Below, piece by piece: positions 35,502 through 46,304 of a DNA stretch of 64,000 nt. Every line of letters starts with the position of its first letter. The stretch's first letter is position 1. The DNA comes from an uncultured Bacteroidota bacterium (GTDB lineage: Bacteria > Bacteroidota > Ignavibacteria > Kryptoniales > JAKASW01): NCBI GenBank assembly GCA_963808245.1, contig CAWEES010000002.1:43032-107031 (forward strand), read 5' to 3'. The position numbers and the translations under genes are program-made. The notes below the pieces were generated by a model that saw only the letters and a list, made by a program, of their open reading frames with translations, did not search any database and was not told the origin of the DNA.

Positions 35502-36767
35502 ATGAAAAGGATCGCAATCTTATTCCTGTTTTTGTTAACGACGACTGCTTTCAGTCAGTCTAAACTTTTTATTTATATGGATCTCAAACAGACAGATGAC
35601 TTGAAGGCCTACGGCATAGCTTACTATGCACTTCAACAGGGAATCAAGGTGGATTGGCTGTTGAATTACAGGGGCGGATCTTTCATGATAGACTATAACG
35701 ATGCCATCGCAAACGAATGCCGAATCCGCGGAGTTGCCTTTGACCAGTTATCGGGCGCGGACGCGGCCCAGATTTACGCTACTGTGCAAAACGTCGACAA
35801 TAACATGGACGTTGTCCGGCTTGAGAAAGCACCGAAGATTGCCGTTTATATCCCTCCAAATTTCAAGCCGTGGGATGATGCCGTAACCCTTGCACTCAAC
35901 TATGCGCAGATACCGTTCTCGCAGATCTGGGACCAAGATATACTTGACGGGAAGCTGTCGCAGTACGACTGGCTTCATCTGCACCACGAAGATTTCACAG
36001 GTCAATACGGAAAATTCTATGCGTCATACAGCAATGCGCCATGGTATATCGACGAGCAGGCAACTTACGAAAAAGAGGCTCGCCGCCTCGGTTTTAAGAA
36101 GGTTTCTGACGAGAAGAAAGCAGTGGCGCTTGCTATTAGGAATTACGTCGGGCAGGGAGGATTTCTGTTCGCGATGTGCTCCGCAACTGAGACCATCGAT
36201 ATCGCCCTGGCTGCCCAACATACCGATATTTGCGATGTAATGTTCGATGGCGACCCACCGGACCCCGACGCTCAGGAAAAACTCGATTATTCGCAATGTC
36301 TCGCATTTCAGAACTTTAAATTAGTGATGAACCCGTATCAATATGCCTTCTCTGATATTAACAATCCTCAAAACGACATGGTGCAGTTTCGTGACCCGAC
36401 AACAGACTATTTCACGCTATTTCAATTTTCGGCTAAATACGACCCGGTACCGACAATGTTGACGCAAGACCATGTAAATGTAATTAAGAATTTTATGGGG
36501 CAGACTTCATCATTCAAGAAGAGTTTAATCAAGCCCAGTGTTTTGATATTAGGGGAGAAAGAAGGTACCGACGAAGTAAAATATATCCACGGCGACTATG
36601 GCAAAGGGACATTCACTTTCCTTGGCGGCCACGATCCGGAGGCTTACGAACATTTAGTCGGAGACCCGCCGACTGATCTTTCGCTCCACAAAGACTCTCC
36701 CGGGTACAGGCTGATTCTAAATAATATTTTGTTCCCCGCTGCGGAAAGAAAACCTCAGAAGACATAA
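35502..36767 (+). CDS. secreted conserved hypothetical protein
   Basis: 421 aa with a signal peptide (ILFLFLLTTTAFSQ). It starts 10 nt after the TPR gene stop. I recognised no catalytic motif. Confidence 0.55.
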   Translation: MKRIAILFLFLLTTTAFSQSKLFIYMDLKQTDDLKAYGIAYYALQQGIKVDWLLNYRGGSFMIDYNDAIANECRIRGVAFDQLSGADAAQIYATVQNVDNNMDVVRLEKAPKIAVYIPPNFKPWDDAVTLALNYAQIPFSQIWDQDILDGKLSQYDWLHLHHEDFTGQYGKFYASYSNAPWYIDEQATYEKEARRLGFKKVSDEKKAVALAIRNYVGQGGFLFAMCSATETIDIALAAQHTDICDVMFDGDPPDPDAQEKLDYSQCLAFQNFKLVMNPYQYAFSDINNPQNDMVQFRDPTTDYFTLFQFSAKYDPVPTMLTQDHVNVIKNFMGQTSSFKKSLIKPSVLILGEKEGTDEVKYIHGDYGKGTFTFLGGHDPEAYEHLVGDPPTDLSLHKDSPGYRLILNNILFPAAERKPQKT

Positions 36768-36840
36768 AAGGAATTGCAGATGGAAGATGGAAGATGGAAT
36801 GCTAATTTGCCAGGGAGCAGCTAAATTCAACAACTAAAAT

Positions 36841-37278
36841 CTAAAATTTATTTGAAAGTCTCCTGTATTCGACCATGATGCATTTATTCATCACAACCTT
36901 GAGCCCGTGGTCATTGGCATATTGAGCCGCATTTTCGTTCACAACCCCTAGCTGCATCCATAACACTTTGGCATTCGCTTCAACCGCGTCTAGGGCGACA
37001 TCACCTACAAATTCGCCTCTTCGGAAAACATCCACGATGTCAATAGGTTTGCCGATGCCTGACACGGTGGGATAACATTTCTTTCCGAGGACTTCTTCAT
37101 AATTCGGGTTCACTGGAATTACATCGTATCCGACTTTGATAAGGTAAGCCGTGATCCCGTTGCTATCGCGGTGCGGGTCCGGTGAGGCCCCGACAACGGC
37201 GATCGTCCTTGCGCTTTTCAGAATTTCCGAAAGCTGATTATCATCTCCGATGGTGTTTGCGTTCATTCCCTGAAGCAA
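36841..37278 (-). CDS. CoA-binding domain protein (YccU/YneT-like)
   Basis: 145 aa. [18 protein letters not shown]...VIPVNP is the CoA_binding_2 pattern. Confidence 0.8.
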   Translation of the reverse strand: MLQGMNANTIGDDNQLSEILKSARTIAVVGASPDPHRDSNGITAYLIKVGYDVIPVNPNYEEVLGKKCYPTVSGIGKPIDIVDVFRRGEFVGDVALDAVEANAKVLWMQLGVVNENAAQYANDHGLKVVMNKCIMVEYRRLSNKF

Positions 37279-38726
37279 ATATTGATGTTGCGTGCCGCAT
37301 AAGCGTCGTCAAGGCGTCGAACGGGAGTCGTCATAGGGGCCGAGTGCAGCGTATCCGGCGAAGACTTTGTTTCCTCGTCGATCTTCAGAAGCGCCTCCGC
37401 GAAAGCATCGAGCGTCTCTTTGGTTTCTGTTTCGGTTGGTTCGATCATTAATGCTTCATGGACTATTAGCGGGAAATAAATTGTCGGCGCGTGATAACCG
37501 TAATCGAGTATCCTCTTTGCGATGTCCAATGTTTTCACGCCTCGATCTTTTTGAGTATCGCCGGAGAGGACGAATTCATGCATGGGTCTTGCCTTGTATG
37601 GGAGGATGAAGGCGCCGCGCAGTTTGCTGAGGAGATAATTTGCATTGATGACGGCATTAACGCTGTTATTCCTGAGACCGTCGGGGCCATGAGAGAGGAT
37701 ATAAGTATAAGCGCGGACATGCATACCGAAGTTTCCGAAGAATGAATGGATCTTTCCGATACTGTTCGGTTTATCAAAACTTACACTAAACCTTTCTCCA
37801 TGCTTTTCGACAACCGGTACAGGAAGAAAATCTTTTAATTTATCATTCACTGCCACAGGACCGGAACCGGGGCCACCGCCGCCATGCGGTGTCGAAAAAG
37901 TTTTGTGTAGATTAATGTGAACAACATCGAACCCCATATCACCCGGTCGGACGAGCCCGACGATGGCGTTTAGGTTTGCCCCGTCCATGTACATCAGTCC
38001 GCCGACATCGTGTACCATCTTACTGATCTTTAAGATGTCAGTTTCAAAGATGCCGAGAGTATTCGGGTTCGTCAGCATCATTCCCGCAACTTCGCCATCA
38101 AGATGCTGCTTCAGGTCGTCAAGGTCGACCGTGCCGTGTTGATTCGATTTGACACTGACGGCTTTGTATCCGCTGATCGCGACGCTTGCCGGGTTTGTGC
38201 CGTGAGCTGAGTCGGGGACGAGAATTTTACTCCGGACTTTGCCGTTCAACTCGTGGTATTTTCTTATTAGCATAATCCCCGTGAGTTCTCCCTGGGCGCC
38301 GGCCGCGGGTTGCAGCGAAACGGCGGACATGCCTGCGATCTCGCGAAGAATCTCGGAGAGATTATACATCAACTCCAGCGCCCCCTGAACAGCCTGTTCG
38401 GATTCCATCGGATGAATTTCCGCATTGCCCGGCATTACTGAGGTCTTCTCATTGACCTTTGGGTTGTACTTCATGGTACACGATCCAAGGGGATAAAAGC
38501 CTTTGTCTATATGGTAATTCATATTTGAAAGGCGAACGAAGTGCCGGACGACCTCATTCTCACTAACTTCCGGCAAGTCGGGGGACTCAGACCGCATGTA
38601 TTTTTGCGGAATCGTTTTGCCCAAAAAGCTTCCTGGGACGTCTAGTTTCGGGAGAGTGTAACCTTTTCTGTCTTTATGCGATAGTTCAAATATGAGTTTT
38701 TCAGGCATAGAGTATTCTCTTTTCAA
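37263..38726 (-). CDS. gcvPB: glycine dehydrogenase (aminomethyl-transferring) subunit 2
   Basis: 487 aa. The PLP-lysine region [16 protein letters not shown] is present and the N-terminus EKLIFELS is typical of GcvPB. No gcvPA lies adjacent in this window. Confidence 0.9.
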   Translation of the reverse strand: MKREYSMPEKLIFELSHKDRKGYTLPKLDVPGSFLGKTIPQKYMRSESPDLPEVSENEVVRHFVRLSNMNYHIDKGFYPLGSCTMKYNPKVNEKTSVMPGNAEIHPMESEQAVQGALELMYNLSEILREIAGMSAVSLQPAAGAQGELTGIMLIRKYHELNGKVRSKILVPDSAHGTNPASVAISGYKAVSVKSNQHGTVDLDDLKQHLDGEVAGMMLTNPNTLGIFETDILKISKMVHDVGGLMYMDGANLNAIVGLVRPGDMGFDVVHINLHKTFSTPHGGGGPGSGPVAVNDKLKDFLPVPVVEKHGERFSVSFDKPNSIGKIHSFFGNFGMHVRAYTYILSHGPDGLRNNSVNAVINANYLLSKLRGAFILPYKARPMHEFVLSGDTQKDRGVKTLDIAKRILDYGYHAPTIYFPLIVHEALMIEPTETETKETLDAFAEALLKIDEETKSSPDTLHSAPMTTPVRRLDDAYAARNINICFRE

Positions 38727-38844
38727 TAAAAATAAAAATATGAGCCGATTTAAACAAGATAACGAGCTGCTATTAGTTCCAGCCTGGTATTCTTGAGTTT
38801 CAATCGGCCCTTCTCTAAATTAAAGTAAACAAAAGGAGTTAATC

Positions 38845-39450
38845 ATGTCGCGCGGAGCGATCATTGCATTATCAATTGTAGCCGTAGTCATTCTTATCGG
38901 TTTGAGCATCGTAGGGTGGGGGGTTGGAGTATATAACAAACTTGTCTCTTATGACGAAAACGTGAAACAGTCATGGGGACAGGTCGAGAATCAATATCAA
39001 CGAAGGTACGATTTGATCCCGAATCTTGTTGAAACGGTAAAAGGTTATGCCAAGCATGAAGAAGATGTTTTTATAAAAGTTGCTGAAGCAAGGTCGAGCG
39101 TTGGCAAGCTGACAGTGACGCCGGAAGTTTTGAATAACCCCCAGGCTTTCAGCAGGTTCCAGCAAGCCCAGGATGCGCTGAGTTCAGCTCTGACAAGACT
39201 AATGGCAGTATCGGAAAATTATCCGAACCTCAAGGCAGACCAGAATTTCCTGGCGTTGCAGTCTCAACTTGAGGGAACGGAAAATCGCATTGCCGTAGAA
39301 AGGCAGCGATTCAATTTGAGTGTACAAACTTTTAATACCATAGTTCGTACCATGCCGTCGGCGATAATTGCTTCGTTCTCCGGTTTTCATGAACGGCCAT
39401 ACTTCGCAGCACAGGAAGGCGCAAGCACTGCTCCGAAAGTGCAGTTCTAA
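38845..39450 (+). CDS. lemA: LemA family protein
   Basis: 201 aa with an N-terminal TM helix and the LemA core YNKLVSYDENVKQSWGQVENQYQRRYDLIPNLV. Confidence 0.88.
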   Translation: MSRGAIIALSIVAVVILIGLSIVGWGVGVYNKLVSYDENVKQSWGQVENQYQRRYDLIPNLVETVKGYAKHEEDVFIKVAEARSSVGKLTVTPEVLNNPQAFSRFQQAQDALSSALTRLMAVSENYPNLKADQNFLALQSQLEGTENRIAVERQRFNLSVQTFNTIVRTMPSAIIASFSGFHERPYFAAQEGASTAPKVQF

Positions 39451-40221
39451 ATGCGTCGCTTAAAAAATTCCGTAGGGATATTTTTTCTCCTATTTGTTTT
39501 TTTTGAGTTACCACATTCAGCTCTTGCCCAGGATGTTCCGACTCTTACGCAGTATGTCACTGACGAAACTGGAACACTTGGTTCTGAGCAAATAGGAATG
39601 CTTGAGGCTCGACTCAAAGCTTACGAGGATACTACTTCAAATCAGATTGTCGTCCTCATCGTAAACTCGGTTCCTGGAGCGGATGTCTTTTCATATTCCA
39701 TGTCGGTGGCAGAAAAGAATAAGGTTGGTCAAAAGGGAAAAAATAACGGCATAGTTTTTCTCGTCGATGTCGGTGACCACAAGACGTGGTTCCAGGTTGC
39801 ATACGGACTTGAAGGAGTTGTGACAGACGCCTACGCAAGCTATATAGCAAACCAGATTGTAGTCCCGAAATTTAAGTCAGGAGATTACTACGGCGGCATA
39901 AATGATGGCATCACCGCTCTCGCATCGCTGATCGGCGGGGCATTTCAGGCGGATGTTAGTCAAAAAGAAAATTCCAGTCCTTTCGGAAGAGTAAATCCGT
40001 TCTTCTTTCTTTTTCTCATAGTGCCAATTTTTCGGGCATTGTTCTGGAGCAGGAGATATTCCGCATCCTCGCGAGGAGTTAGAAGCAGGGGCATGTTTTT
40101 TCCCCCCTTCGGAGGATTTGGTGGCGGTGGGTTTGGCGGTTTCGGAGGTGGTGGAGGTGGCGGTGGATTTAGTGGAGGCGGTGGATCGTTTGGCGGTGGC
40201 GGCGCCGGCGGAAGCTGGTAA
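39451..40221 (+). CDS. TPM-domain protein (YgcG-like) with TM segment and Gly-rich tail
   Basis: 256 aa. The TPM motif is VTDETGTLGSEQIGMLEARL...NQIVVLIV. The C-terminus is GGFGGGGFGGFGGGGGGGGFSGGGGSFGGGGAGG. It starts immediately after the lemA stop. Confidence 0.85.
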   Translation: MRRLKNSVGIFFLLFVFFELPHSALAQDVPTLTQYVTDETGTLGSEQIGMLEARLKAYEDTTSNQIVVLIVNSVPGADVFSYSMSVAEKNKVGQKGKNNGIVFLVDVGDHKTWFQVAYGLEGVVTDAYASYIANQIVVPKFKSGDYYGGINDGITALASLIGGAFQADVSQKENSSPFGRVNPFFFLFLIVPIFRALFWSRRYSASSRGVRSRGMFFPPFGGFGGGGFGGFGGGGGGGGFSGGGGSFGGGGAGGSW

Positions 40222-40286
40222 GAGTCGGAGGTTCGGAAGATGATAACAAATCAGAATTTAGAATTTAAAGAATAGAATTCCTTTTT

Positions 40287-41306
40287 ATGCTAATTGTAAT
40301 GGATAAAAACGCGACGGATGAGCAGATCGAGGGGGTCGAGGATAAGATTCGCTCCCTCGGTTGGACACCGCATGAGATCCCCGGTTCACTCCGGATCGCC
40401 ATTGGAATCACCGGCAACAAGGATATCGTAGATCCAGGTCTCTTTACAAATTTATCCGGCGTTGTCGAATGTATCCCTGTAAGCAAGCCCTATAAGCTTG
40501 TAAGCCGCGATGTAAAATCTGAAGATACCGTAGTCCGGTTGAAAAATGTTTCCATTGGAATAAAGCAATTGGTGTTGATGGCTGGCCCTTGCTCGATTGA
40601 AAGCAAATCTCAAATTATGGAGATCGCAGAATTTGTTAAGTCGCAGGGAGTTCAGGTGCTTCGTGGCGGTGCATATAAACCCCGCACTTCTCCCTATTCT
40701 TTCCAGGGTTTGAAAGAGGAAGGATTGAGATATCTCCGTGAGGCTGCTGACCGGTATGGATTGAGCGTCGTTACGGAAGTGAAGGACACTGAAACGGTTC
40801 CACTCGTCAGCGATTATTCCGATTTGCTTCAGATAGGTGCAAGGAATATGCACAACTTTTCTTTGTTGGAAGCAGTGGGGCGGACGAGGAAGCCTGTACT
40901 TCTCAAACGCGGGCTGGCAGCAACTATTGAAGAGTGGTTGATGGCAGCCGAATATATTGCCTCCCAGGGAAATTATAATATAGTGTTGTGCGAGCGCGGT
41001 ATCAGGACTTTCGAGACTTATACCAGGAATACGCTCGACTTGAATGCCGTTCCGTTAGTCAAACAGCTTTCTCATCTTCCGATTATTGTTGACCCGAGTC
41101 ATGGAACGGGGAGTTGGGAACTGGTCACCCCGATGGCGCTGGCGGCGGTGGCTGCAGGCGCGGACGGCCTGATGATTGAAGTTCACCCTCATCCTGAAAA
41201 AGCTCTTTCAGATGGGAGACAATCGCTTAAGCCGGAAAAATTTGCCGAGTTGGTCGAAAAACTTAGAAAGATTTCAGCGGTATTCGATAAAGGATTTCCT
41301 AGATGA
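40287..41306 (+). CDS. 3-deoxy-7-phosphoheptulonate (DAHP) synthase, type I-beta with N-terminal regulatory domain
   Basis: 339 aa. Motifs are [26 protein letters not shown] and IVDPSH. The ~70-aa N-terminal extension ([17 protein letters not shown]) resembles the ferredoxin-like regulatory domain of Thermotoga-type enzymes. Confidence 0.85.
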   Translation: MLIVMDKNATDEQIEGVEDKIRSLGWTPHEIPGSLRIAIGITGNKDIVDPGLFTNLSGVVECIPVSKPYKLVSRDVKSEDTVVRLKNVSIGIKQLVLMAGPCSIESKSQIMEIAEFVKSQGVQVLRGGAYKPRTSPYSFQGLKEEGLRYLREAADRYGLSVVTEVKDTETVPLVSDYSDLLQIGARNMHNFSLLEAVGRTRKPVLLKRGLAATIEEWLMAAEYIASQGNYNIVLCERGIRTFETYTRNTLDLNAVPLVKQLSHLPIIVDPSHGTGSWELVTPMALAAVAAGADGLMIEVHPHPEKALSDGRQSLKPEKFAELVEKLRKISAVFDKGFPR

Positions 41307-41746
41307 AAAAGATTCTCACAAAAGAAGAACTCCAAAATTTGAGCGAACAAATCAGTGAAATCGAAAAGAAGACTGCGGCTGAAATTCGTGTTGTAGTTCG
41401 CCACAAAAAGCATTGGAGCGAAAGGAAACTTTCCGCTCGCCAGGTTGCCGAAAGGGAGTTCAGCACTTTGGGGATGACCAAGACAAAGGAGGGCACAGGC
41501 ATCCTGGTGTTCATTCTTGTTAGCGAGAGAAATTTCGAGCTCCTCGCCGATCGGGGAATAGTTGCAGTATTACCCGCGGAATTTTGGACGCAAGCCGCCG
41601 AAAAACTTTCCGACCATTTCTCCAAGAATAATTTCTATCACGGATTGAAGTCCGCCCTCGCAGACGTAGGGGAAGTGCTCGAAAGCAAGTTACCTCCGAC
41701 ACTCGGAGTCCAAAATGACCTTCCGAATGACATCATTGAGGAATAA
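41303..41746 (+). CDS. small TPM-domain protein
   Basis: 147 aa. [15 protein letters not shown]...[21 protein letters not shown] is a TPM-phosphatase-like pattern. It overlaps the DAHP synthase stop by 4 nt. Confidence 0.7.
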   Translation: MKKILTKEELQNLSEQISEIEKKTAAEIRVVVRHKKHWSERKLSARQVAEREFSTLGMTKTKEGTGILVFILVSERNFELLADRGIVAVLPAEFWTQAAEKLSDHFSKNNFYHGLKSALADVGEVLESKLPPTLGVQNDLPNDIIEE

Positions 41747-42593
41747 GCAATTGGGGAAATTTACATTAGCAATCGGACAAATTAAGCCAAAGCTGGGTGA
41801 TCTAAAGTCCAACCTTGAGCATCATCTTGAAATCGCTAAGCAAGCTAAAAAAGGTGGAGGGGATTTGATCCTTTTTCCGGAGCTGAGTCTCACCGGGTAT
41901 TCCGTTCGCGACCTTAATTCAGAAGTTGCCATGAAAGTCGACGATGAATTTTTTAGTCCGTTAAAATTGCTTAGCAAGGAAATCTCGATTGTAGTTGGAG
42001 CGATAATACGTGATGAGGACGGCGGGATAAGGAATAGCCTGATCTATTTTGAAGAGGGCGTTATCAAGCATATTCATTTCAAAGTCTATCTTCCGACTTA
42101 CGGAATTTTTGAAGAGCAGAGATATTTTCTCCCGGGCAGGGAAGTGAAAGCGTTCGATACGAAATTCGGAAAACTCGGGCTCCTGATCTGTGAGGATCTG
42201 TGGCATGTTTCTCTGCCATATCTTTTGGCTATCCAGGGGGTGAAACTCATTCTCGGTGCGGCTGCGAGCCCGACGCGCATATCGGGAGACAGTGAAGAGT
42301 ATCCTGGTTACCAGATAAATAGTGAACAGCATAAAAGTTTTGCTCGCCTTCTCAGCATTTATCTTGCTTTCGCGAATCGAGTAGGCTTCGAAGATGGAGT
42401 AAACTTCTGGGGTGGATCGGAGATTGTTACTCCGAACGGGGAAGTATCATCTGTGGCTAAGATTTTCGACGAAGAGACAATTTATTCCAGGATCGACCTC
42501 GCCGAGATCGACAAGGCTCGACTTTTTGCACGGCATTTTTTAGATGAGAGACCGGAAATAGTAGCCGCGCATCTGAGGAAATTAGGCTTCTGA
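41715..42593 (+). CDS. carbon-nitrogen hydrolase (nitrilase superfamily) protein
   Basis: The Glu-Lys-Cys triad contexts are LILFPELSLTGY and LGLLICEDLWH. The start is uncertain: ATG at 41715 or 41727, and both overlap the upstream gene. Confidence 0.8.
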   Translation: MTFRMTSLRNKQLGKFTLAIGQIKPKLGDLKSNLEHHLEIAKQAKKGGGDLILFPELSLTGYSVRDLNSEVAMKVDDEFFSPLKLLSKEISIVVGAIIRDEDGGIRNSLIYFEEGVIKHIHFKVYLPTYGIFEEQRYFLPGREVKAFDTKFGKLGLLICEDLWHVSLPYLLAIQGVKLILGAAASPTRISGDSEEYPGYQINSEQHKSFARLLSIYLAFANRVGFEDGVNFWGGSEIVTPNGEVSSVAKIFDEETIYSRIDLAEIDKARLFARHFLDERPEIVAAHLRKLGF

Positions 42594-42718
42594 GTTTTTC
42601 ACGATCGCAGATAGTAAAATTTCATTATACATCTTCACGATGAATTAGGGGATTTGCATTGCCTTGCAACTCCATCATCCACTTGATAAATTATTTTACA
42701 AAAGGAGATTGAGTAAAG

Positions 42719-43579
42719 ATGAAGAATACTATGAAAACGGTGTTCTTTATGACTTTGATGATGGTTTTATTCCTCGTTATCGGGAATTTAATCGGCGGTA
42801 AAACGGGGATGACGTACGCGTTCTTATTTAGTCTTGCGATGAATTTTTTCGCTTATTGGTTTTCAGACAAGATGGTTTTAATGAGCTATCACGCAAGAGA
42901 AGTAAAGGAGTCGGAAGCACCAAGACTCTACGGAATGGTCCATCGTTTGGCGACTCGCGCGAATATTCCCATGCCGAAACTTTATATGGTACCTACGGAA
43001 ACACCGAATGCTTTTGCTACCGGCAGAAGTCCGCAACATGCGGCAGTGGCAGTAACAGACGGGATAATGAAAGTTCTAAACGATGAAGAGCTGGAAGCAG
43101 TAATCGGGCATGAGCTCTCTCACGTTATTCATCGGGATATTCTGACTTCGTCGATAATCGCCACATTTGCCGGAACGATCACTTACCTTGCCCAGATGCT
43201 GAGCTGGTCGATGTTCTTTTTCGGCGGGCGCGGCCGGGATAACGATTCATCATCTGTCATCGGAGACTTGTTCATAATCATTGTTGCGCCTATTGCCGCG
43301 ATGCTGATTCAGTTGGCTGTGTCTCGTTCGCGCGAGTATAAGGCGGACGAAGGCGGAGCGCAGCTATCTATGAAGCCTCTCTCGCTGGCAAACGCATTGC
43401 AGAAACTACAGGTGAGTGCTAAACAGATTCCTATGCAGGCACAACCTTCAACTGCACATCTTTTTATAATAAATCCTTTGAGTGCCCAATCCTTTGCAAG
43501 GCTTTTCAGCACTCACCCTCCAACAGAGGAGCGAATCGAAAGACTTGAAGCACTAGCAAAAGGAAAAAATCTCTACTAA
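42719..43579 (+). CDS. htpX: zinc metalloprotease HtpX
   Basis: 286 aa with TM helices, the HExxH motif in VIGHELSHVIHRD, and the C-terminal FSTHPPTEERI. Confidence 0.9.
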   Translation: MKNTMKTVFFMTLMMVLFLVIGNLIGGKTGMTYAFLFSLAMNFFAYWFSDKMVLMSYHAREVKESEAPRLYGMVHRLATRANIPMPKLYMVPTETPNAFATGRSPQHAAVAVTDGIMKVLNDEELEAVIGHELSHVIHRDILTSSIIATFAGTITYLAQMLSWSMFFFGGRGRDNDSSSVIGDLFIIIVAPIAAMLIQLAVSRSREYKADEGGAQLSMKPLSLANALQKLQVSAKQIPMQAQPSTAHLFIINPLSAQSFARLFSTHPPTEERIERLEALAKGKNLY

Positions 43580-43594
43580 AAACAGGGGAGACTT

Positions 43595-44878
43595 ATGGAC
43601 ACGGTCACTTACAAAGAGCCGGCTCCGATTGCGGATAAAGAGAATCCTTTTCAATCGATGATGCAGCGGTTTGATATTGCCGCAGAGTTATTGGAATTGG
43701 AACGCGGCGTTTATGAATACCTGAAAACACCGGTGAAGCAGGTAACGGTTTCGATCCCGATTCAGATGGATAACGGGGAGATTGAGGTCTTTGAAGGATA
43801 CCGGATCATCCACAATGACGCCCTTGGACCGTCAAAGGGCGGGATCCGATACGCTCCCGATATTACTGTCAATGAGATTAAAGCACTCGCGGCATGGATG
43901 ACGTGGAAATGCGCGATCGCCAACATCCCGTTTGGTGGAGCGAAAGGCGGAGTAAGATGTGATCCGTCAAAGCTGACGATGGTTGAGCTTGAGAAAATTA
44001 CACGCCGATTCACGGCAAACATGCTTGATGTTTTCGGACCTGACAAAGACATACCCGCTCCCGATATGAACACGAATGAACAGATCATGGCGTGGATCAT
44101 GGATACTTACAGCATGCACGTTCGGCGGACGGAGACTGCTGTCGTTACCGGCAAACCTTTAATAATCGGCGGGTCCCTCGGTCGAAGAGAAGCAACAGGA
44201 AGAGGAGTCATGGTTTCCACTTTCGCGGCGATGTCGAGAGTGGGACTTAATGCGAAGCAAACAAGTTGCGCCGTCCAAGGATTCGGGAATGTCGGTTCAG
44301 TGTCCGCAAAACTTTTGAGCGAGCAAGGATTGAAGATTGTCGCAATCAGCGATGTAAGCGGGGGATACTATAATAAGCGCGGCATCGACGTGAACCAGGC
44401 TATTGAATGGGTACAAAAGCATAAGAGTCTTGACGGAGGTGGATTTGGCGATCCGGTTACCAACGAAGAACTTCTAGAGCTTGAGGTCGATGTCCTTGTC
44501 CCGGCGGCGAAAGAAGATCAAATCACTTCGCACAACGCTGACAAGATTAAGGCGAAGATAATTGTCGAAGGAGCTAACGGCCCTACGGTTGCCAAAGCAG
44601 ATCCGATCCTTGATCAAAAAGGAATTCTCGTTGTTCCTGATATACTCGCCAATTCCGGTGGTGTAACTGTCAGTTATTTTGAGTGGGTTCAGGACAGACA
44701 AGGATTCTTCTGGACGCTTGATCGAGTTAATCGGCGCCTCGAACGAATGATGCACGACGCTTTCAACAACGTTTTCCAAACCGCAGAGAAGTACAAAGTT
44801 TCGATGCGTGTCGGTGCTTACATTTTGGCAATTGACAAAGTGGCGAAGACTCTTAAAGTCCGCGGAATTTATGCGTAA
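43595..44878 (+). CDS. gdhA: Glu/Leu/Phe/Val-family dehydrogenase, glutamate dehydrogenase
   Basis: 427 aa. The catalytic-Lys region is PFGGAKGGV. GPSKGGIRY and the Rossmann motif VQGFGNVGS are also present. Confidence 0.9.
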   Translation: MDTVTYKEPAPIADKENPFQSMMQRFDIAAELLELERGVYEYLKTPVKQVTVSIPIQMDNGEIEVFEGYRIIHNDALGPSKGGIRYAPDITVNEIKALAAWMTWKCAIANIPFGGAKGGVRCDPSKLTMVELEKITRRFTANMLDVFGPDKDIPAPDMNTNEQIMAWIMDTYSMHVRRTETAVVTGKPLIIGGSLGRREATGRGVMVSTFAAMSRVGLNAKQTSCAVQGFGNVGSVSAKLLSEQGLKIVAISDVSGGYYNKRGIDVNQAIEWVQKHKSLDGGGFGDPVTNEELLELEVDVLVPAAKEDQITSHNADKIKAKIIVEGANGPTVAKADPILDQKGILVVPDILANSGGVTVSYFEWVQDRQGFFWTLDRVNRRLERMMHDAFNNVFQTAEKYKVSMRVGAYILAIDKVAKTLKVRGIYA

Positions 44879-45492
44879 TGAAATATTCGCCTTCTGTAGG
44901 AGTGCTCATATTTGGCGGAGTTTTATTCTTGAGCGGTGGTACGGCATCGGGAAAAAGATTAACCAACTACGAGGTTCTTCGCGCCCAGGTTGATACTCTT
45001 TCAGGCTCAATCGTCAAGGTTTTGACGAGCCAGCAGATCAAGTCTCTGGCCTGCAGGAATAAGCCCGGTGAGATAGAGGCGTTTGTGCGTCAAAGAATCG
45101 ATGAGAACTTATTGGGAAATAATTTTCGACTCGTATCGGACTCGTTGTCTGTTCCGCAATTGAAATTGATCGTGCCGGTGGTCAATGTAGAGTATTCCTC
45201 CCCGGTATCGTCACATCTTTTTGCTTCACCGGATGTTGAACGGACAATTCAATCCGCTTACGATCTCGAGGTTTCTGACAGCGGCGTTGTAACATTTGCG
45301 AAATCGTACTCATTCTTTTTTTCAGATACCATAAATGAAAGTGAAATTCCCGATCTGGAATCCGGATCATATAGTTTCCTTCATGGCAAAATCGATCAGG
45401 GAGGATTCATCGATGCGATGTTACAGCCGGTTTTATTTCTCGCTTCTGCCGCGGTAATAGTTTATCTTTTCTTTACATTAAGAGGTTCTTGA
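44878..45492 (+). CDS. hypothetical membrane/exported protein
   Basis: 204 aa with an N-terminal hydrophobic segment and a C-terminal TM helix (VLFLASAAVIVYLFF). Its start overlaps the gdh stop (TAATG). Confidence 0.5.
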   Translation: MKYSPSVGVLIFGGVLFLSGGTASGKRLTNYEVLRAQVDTLSGSIVKVLTSQQIKSLACRNKPGEIEAFVRQRIDENLLGNNFRLVSDSLSVPQLKLIVPVVNVEYSSPVSSHLFASPDVERTIQSAYDLEVSDSGVVTFAKSYSFFFSDTINESEIPDLESGSYSFLHGKIDQGGFIDAMLQPVLFLASAAVIVYLFFTLRGS

Positions 45493-46275
45493 ATGACTTT
45501 AAAGAAGTTTCCCATATTGTTAATCCTTTCAATAATCGCAATCACAATCTCTTCATGTTCTTCAACGCAAGAATTGATTATACAGGGAGCGGGTGAGACT
45601 TTTCGCCAGGGAATGCAGCTCCTGCATAAAGAAAATTATACCAAAGCAAGAGAACAATTTGATATTGTTGTGAAACAATATCCTGCGAGCACTTACGCGG
45701 ACAGTGCGCAGTTTTTTCTTGCAGAAACTTACTACGACCAGACGGAGTATGTTACTGCCGCATTCGAATACGGAAACGTTTTCCGAAATTATCCGTCATC
45801 AAGGCTCGCTCCCCAGGCGCGGTTCATGATTGCGAAATGTTACTCCGCACAGGCGCCAAGAGTCCAGATAGACCAGCAAAGCACAACCAAGGCGATCGAA
45901 GGTTTCCAGAGTTTTATAGATTATTATCCGCAAAGCCCTCTGGTGCCCGAGGCGGAGAAAGAAATTTTGGACCTTCGGAGCCGCATCGCAGAAAAGTATT
46001 ACGATACGGCGGAATTATACTCCACGATGGGATATTATAAAGCCTCTATTGTTTATTATGATCTTATACTTGACCAGTACCACGATTCGAATTACGCCGA
46101 TAAAGCCGCGTTGGGAAAAGTTAAGGTACTGATAAAACGTAACAAGGATAATGATGCCCGTGCCGCGCTCGAGAAGTTCTACGCTTCGTTTCCTAATTCA
46201 GTATTGAAGGAAGAAGCGAATCAACTCGCTCGCTCATTGAAAATGGATTTAAGTAAGCAAGCGGAAATAAATTAA
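45493..46275 (+). CDS. bamD: outer membrane protein assembly factor BamD
   Basis: 260 aa. It has a lipoprotein signal (ITISSCSS) and the YfiO/BamD TPR pattern (YPASTYADSAQFFLAETYY, YPSSRLAPQARFMIAKCY, YHDSNYADKAALG). Confidence 0.85.
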   Translation: MTLKKFPILLILSIIAITISSCSSTQELIIQGAGETFRQGMQLLHKENYTKAREQFDIVVKQYPASTYADSAQFFLAETYYDQTEYVTAAFEYGNVFRNYPSSRLAPQARFMIAKCYSAQAPRVQIDQQSTTKAIEGFQSFIDYYPQSPLVPEAEKEILDLRSRIAEKYYDTAELYSTMGYYKASIVYYDLILDQYHDSNYADKAALGKVKVLIKRNKDNDARAALEKFYASFPNSVLKEEANQLARSLKMDLSKQAEIN

Positions 46276-46304
46276 ACACCAGGAAGAAGGATAAGAAAAC
46301 GACT

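Noticed and set aside
36779-36801. Micro-tandem GATGGAA x3 downstream of the 421-aa gene
   Set aside because: It is three copies of a 7-mer in an intergenic spacer between convergent genes. It is too short to distinguish from chance or slippage, and no associated structure is apparent.
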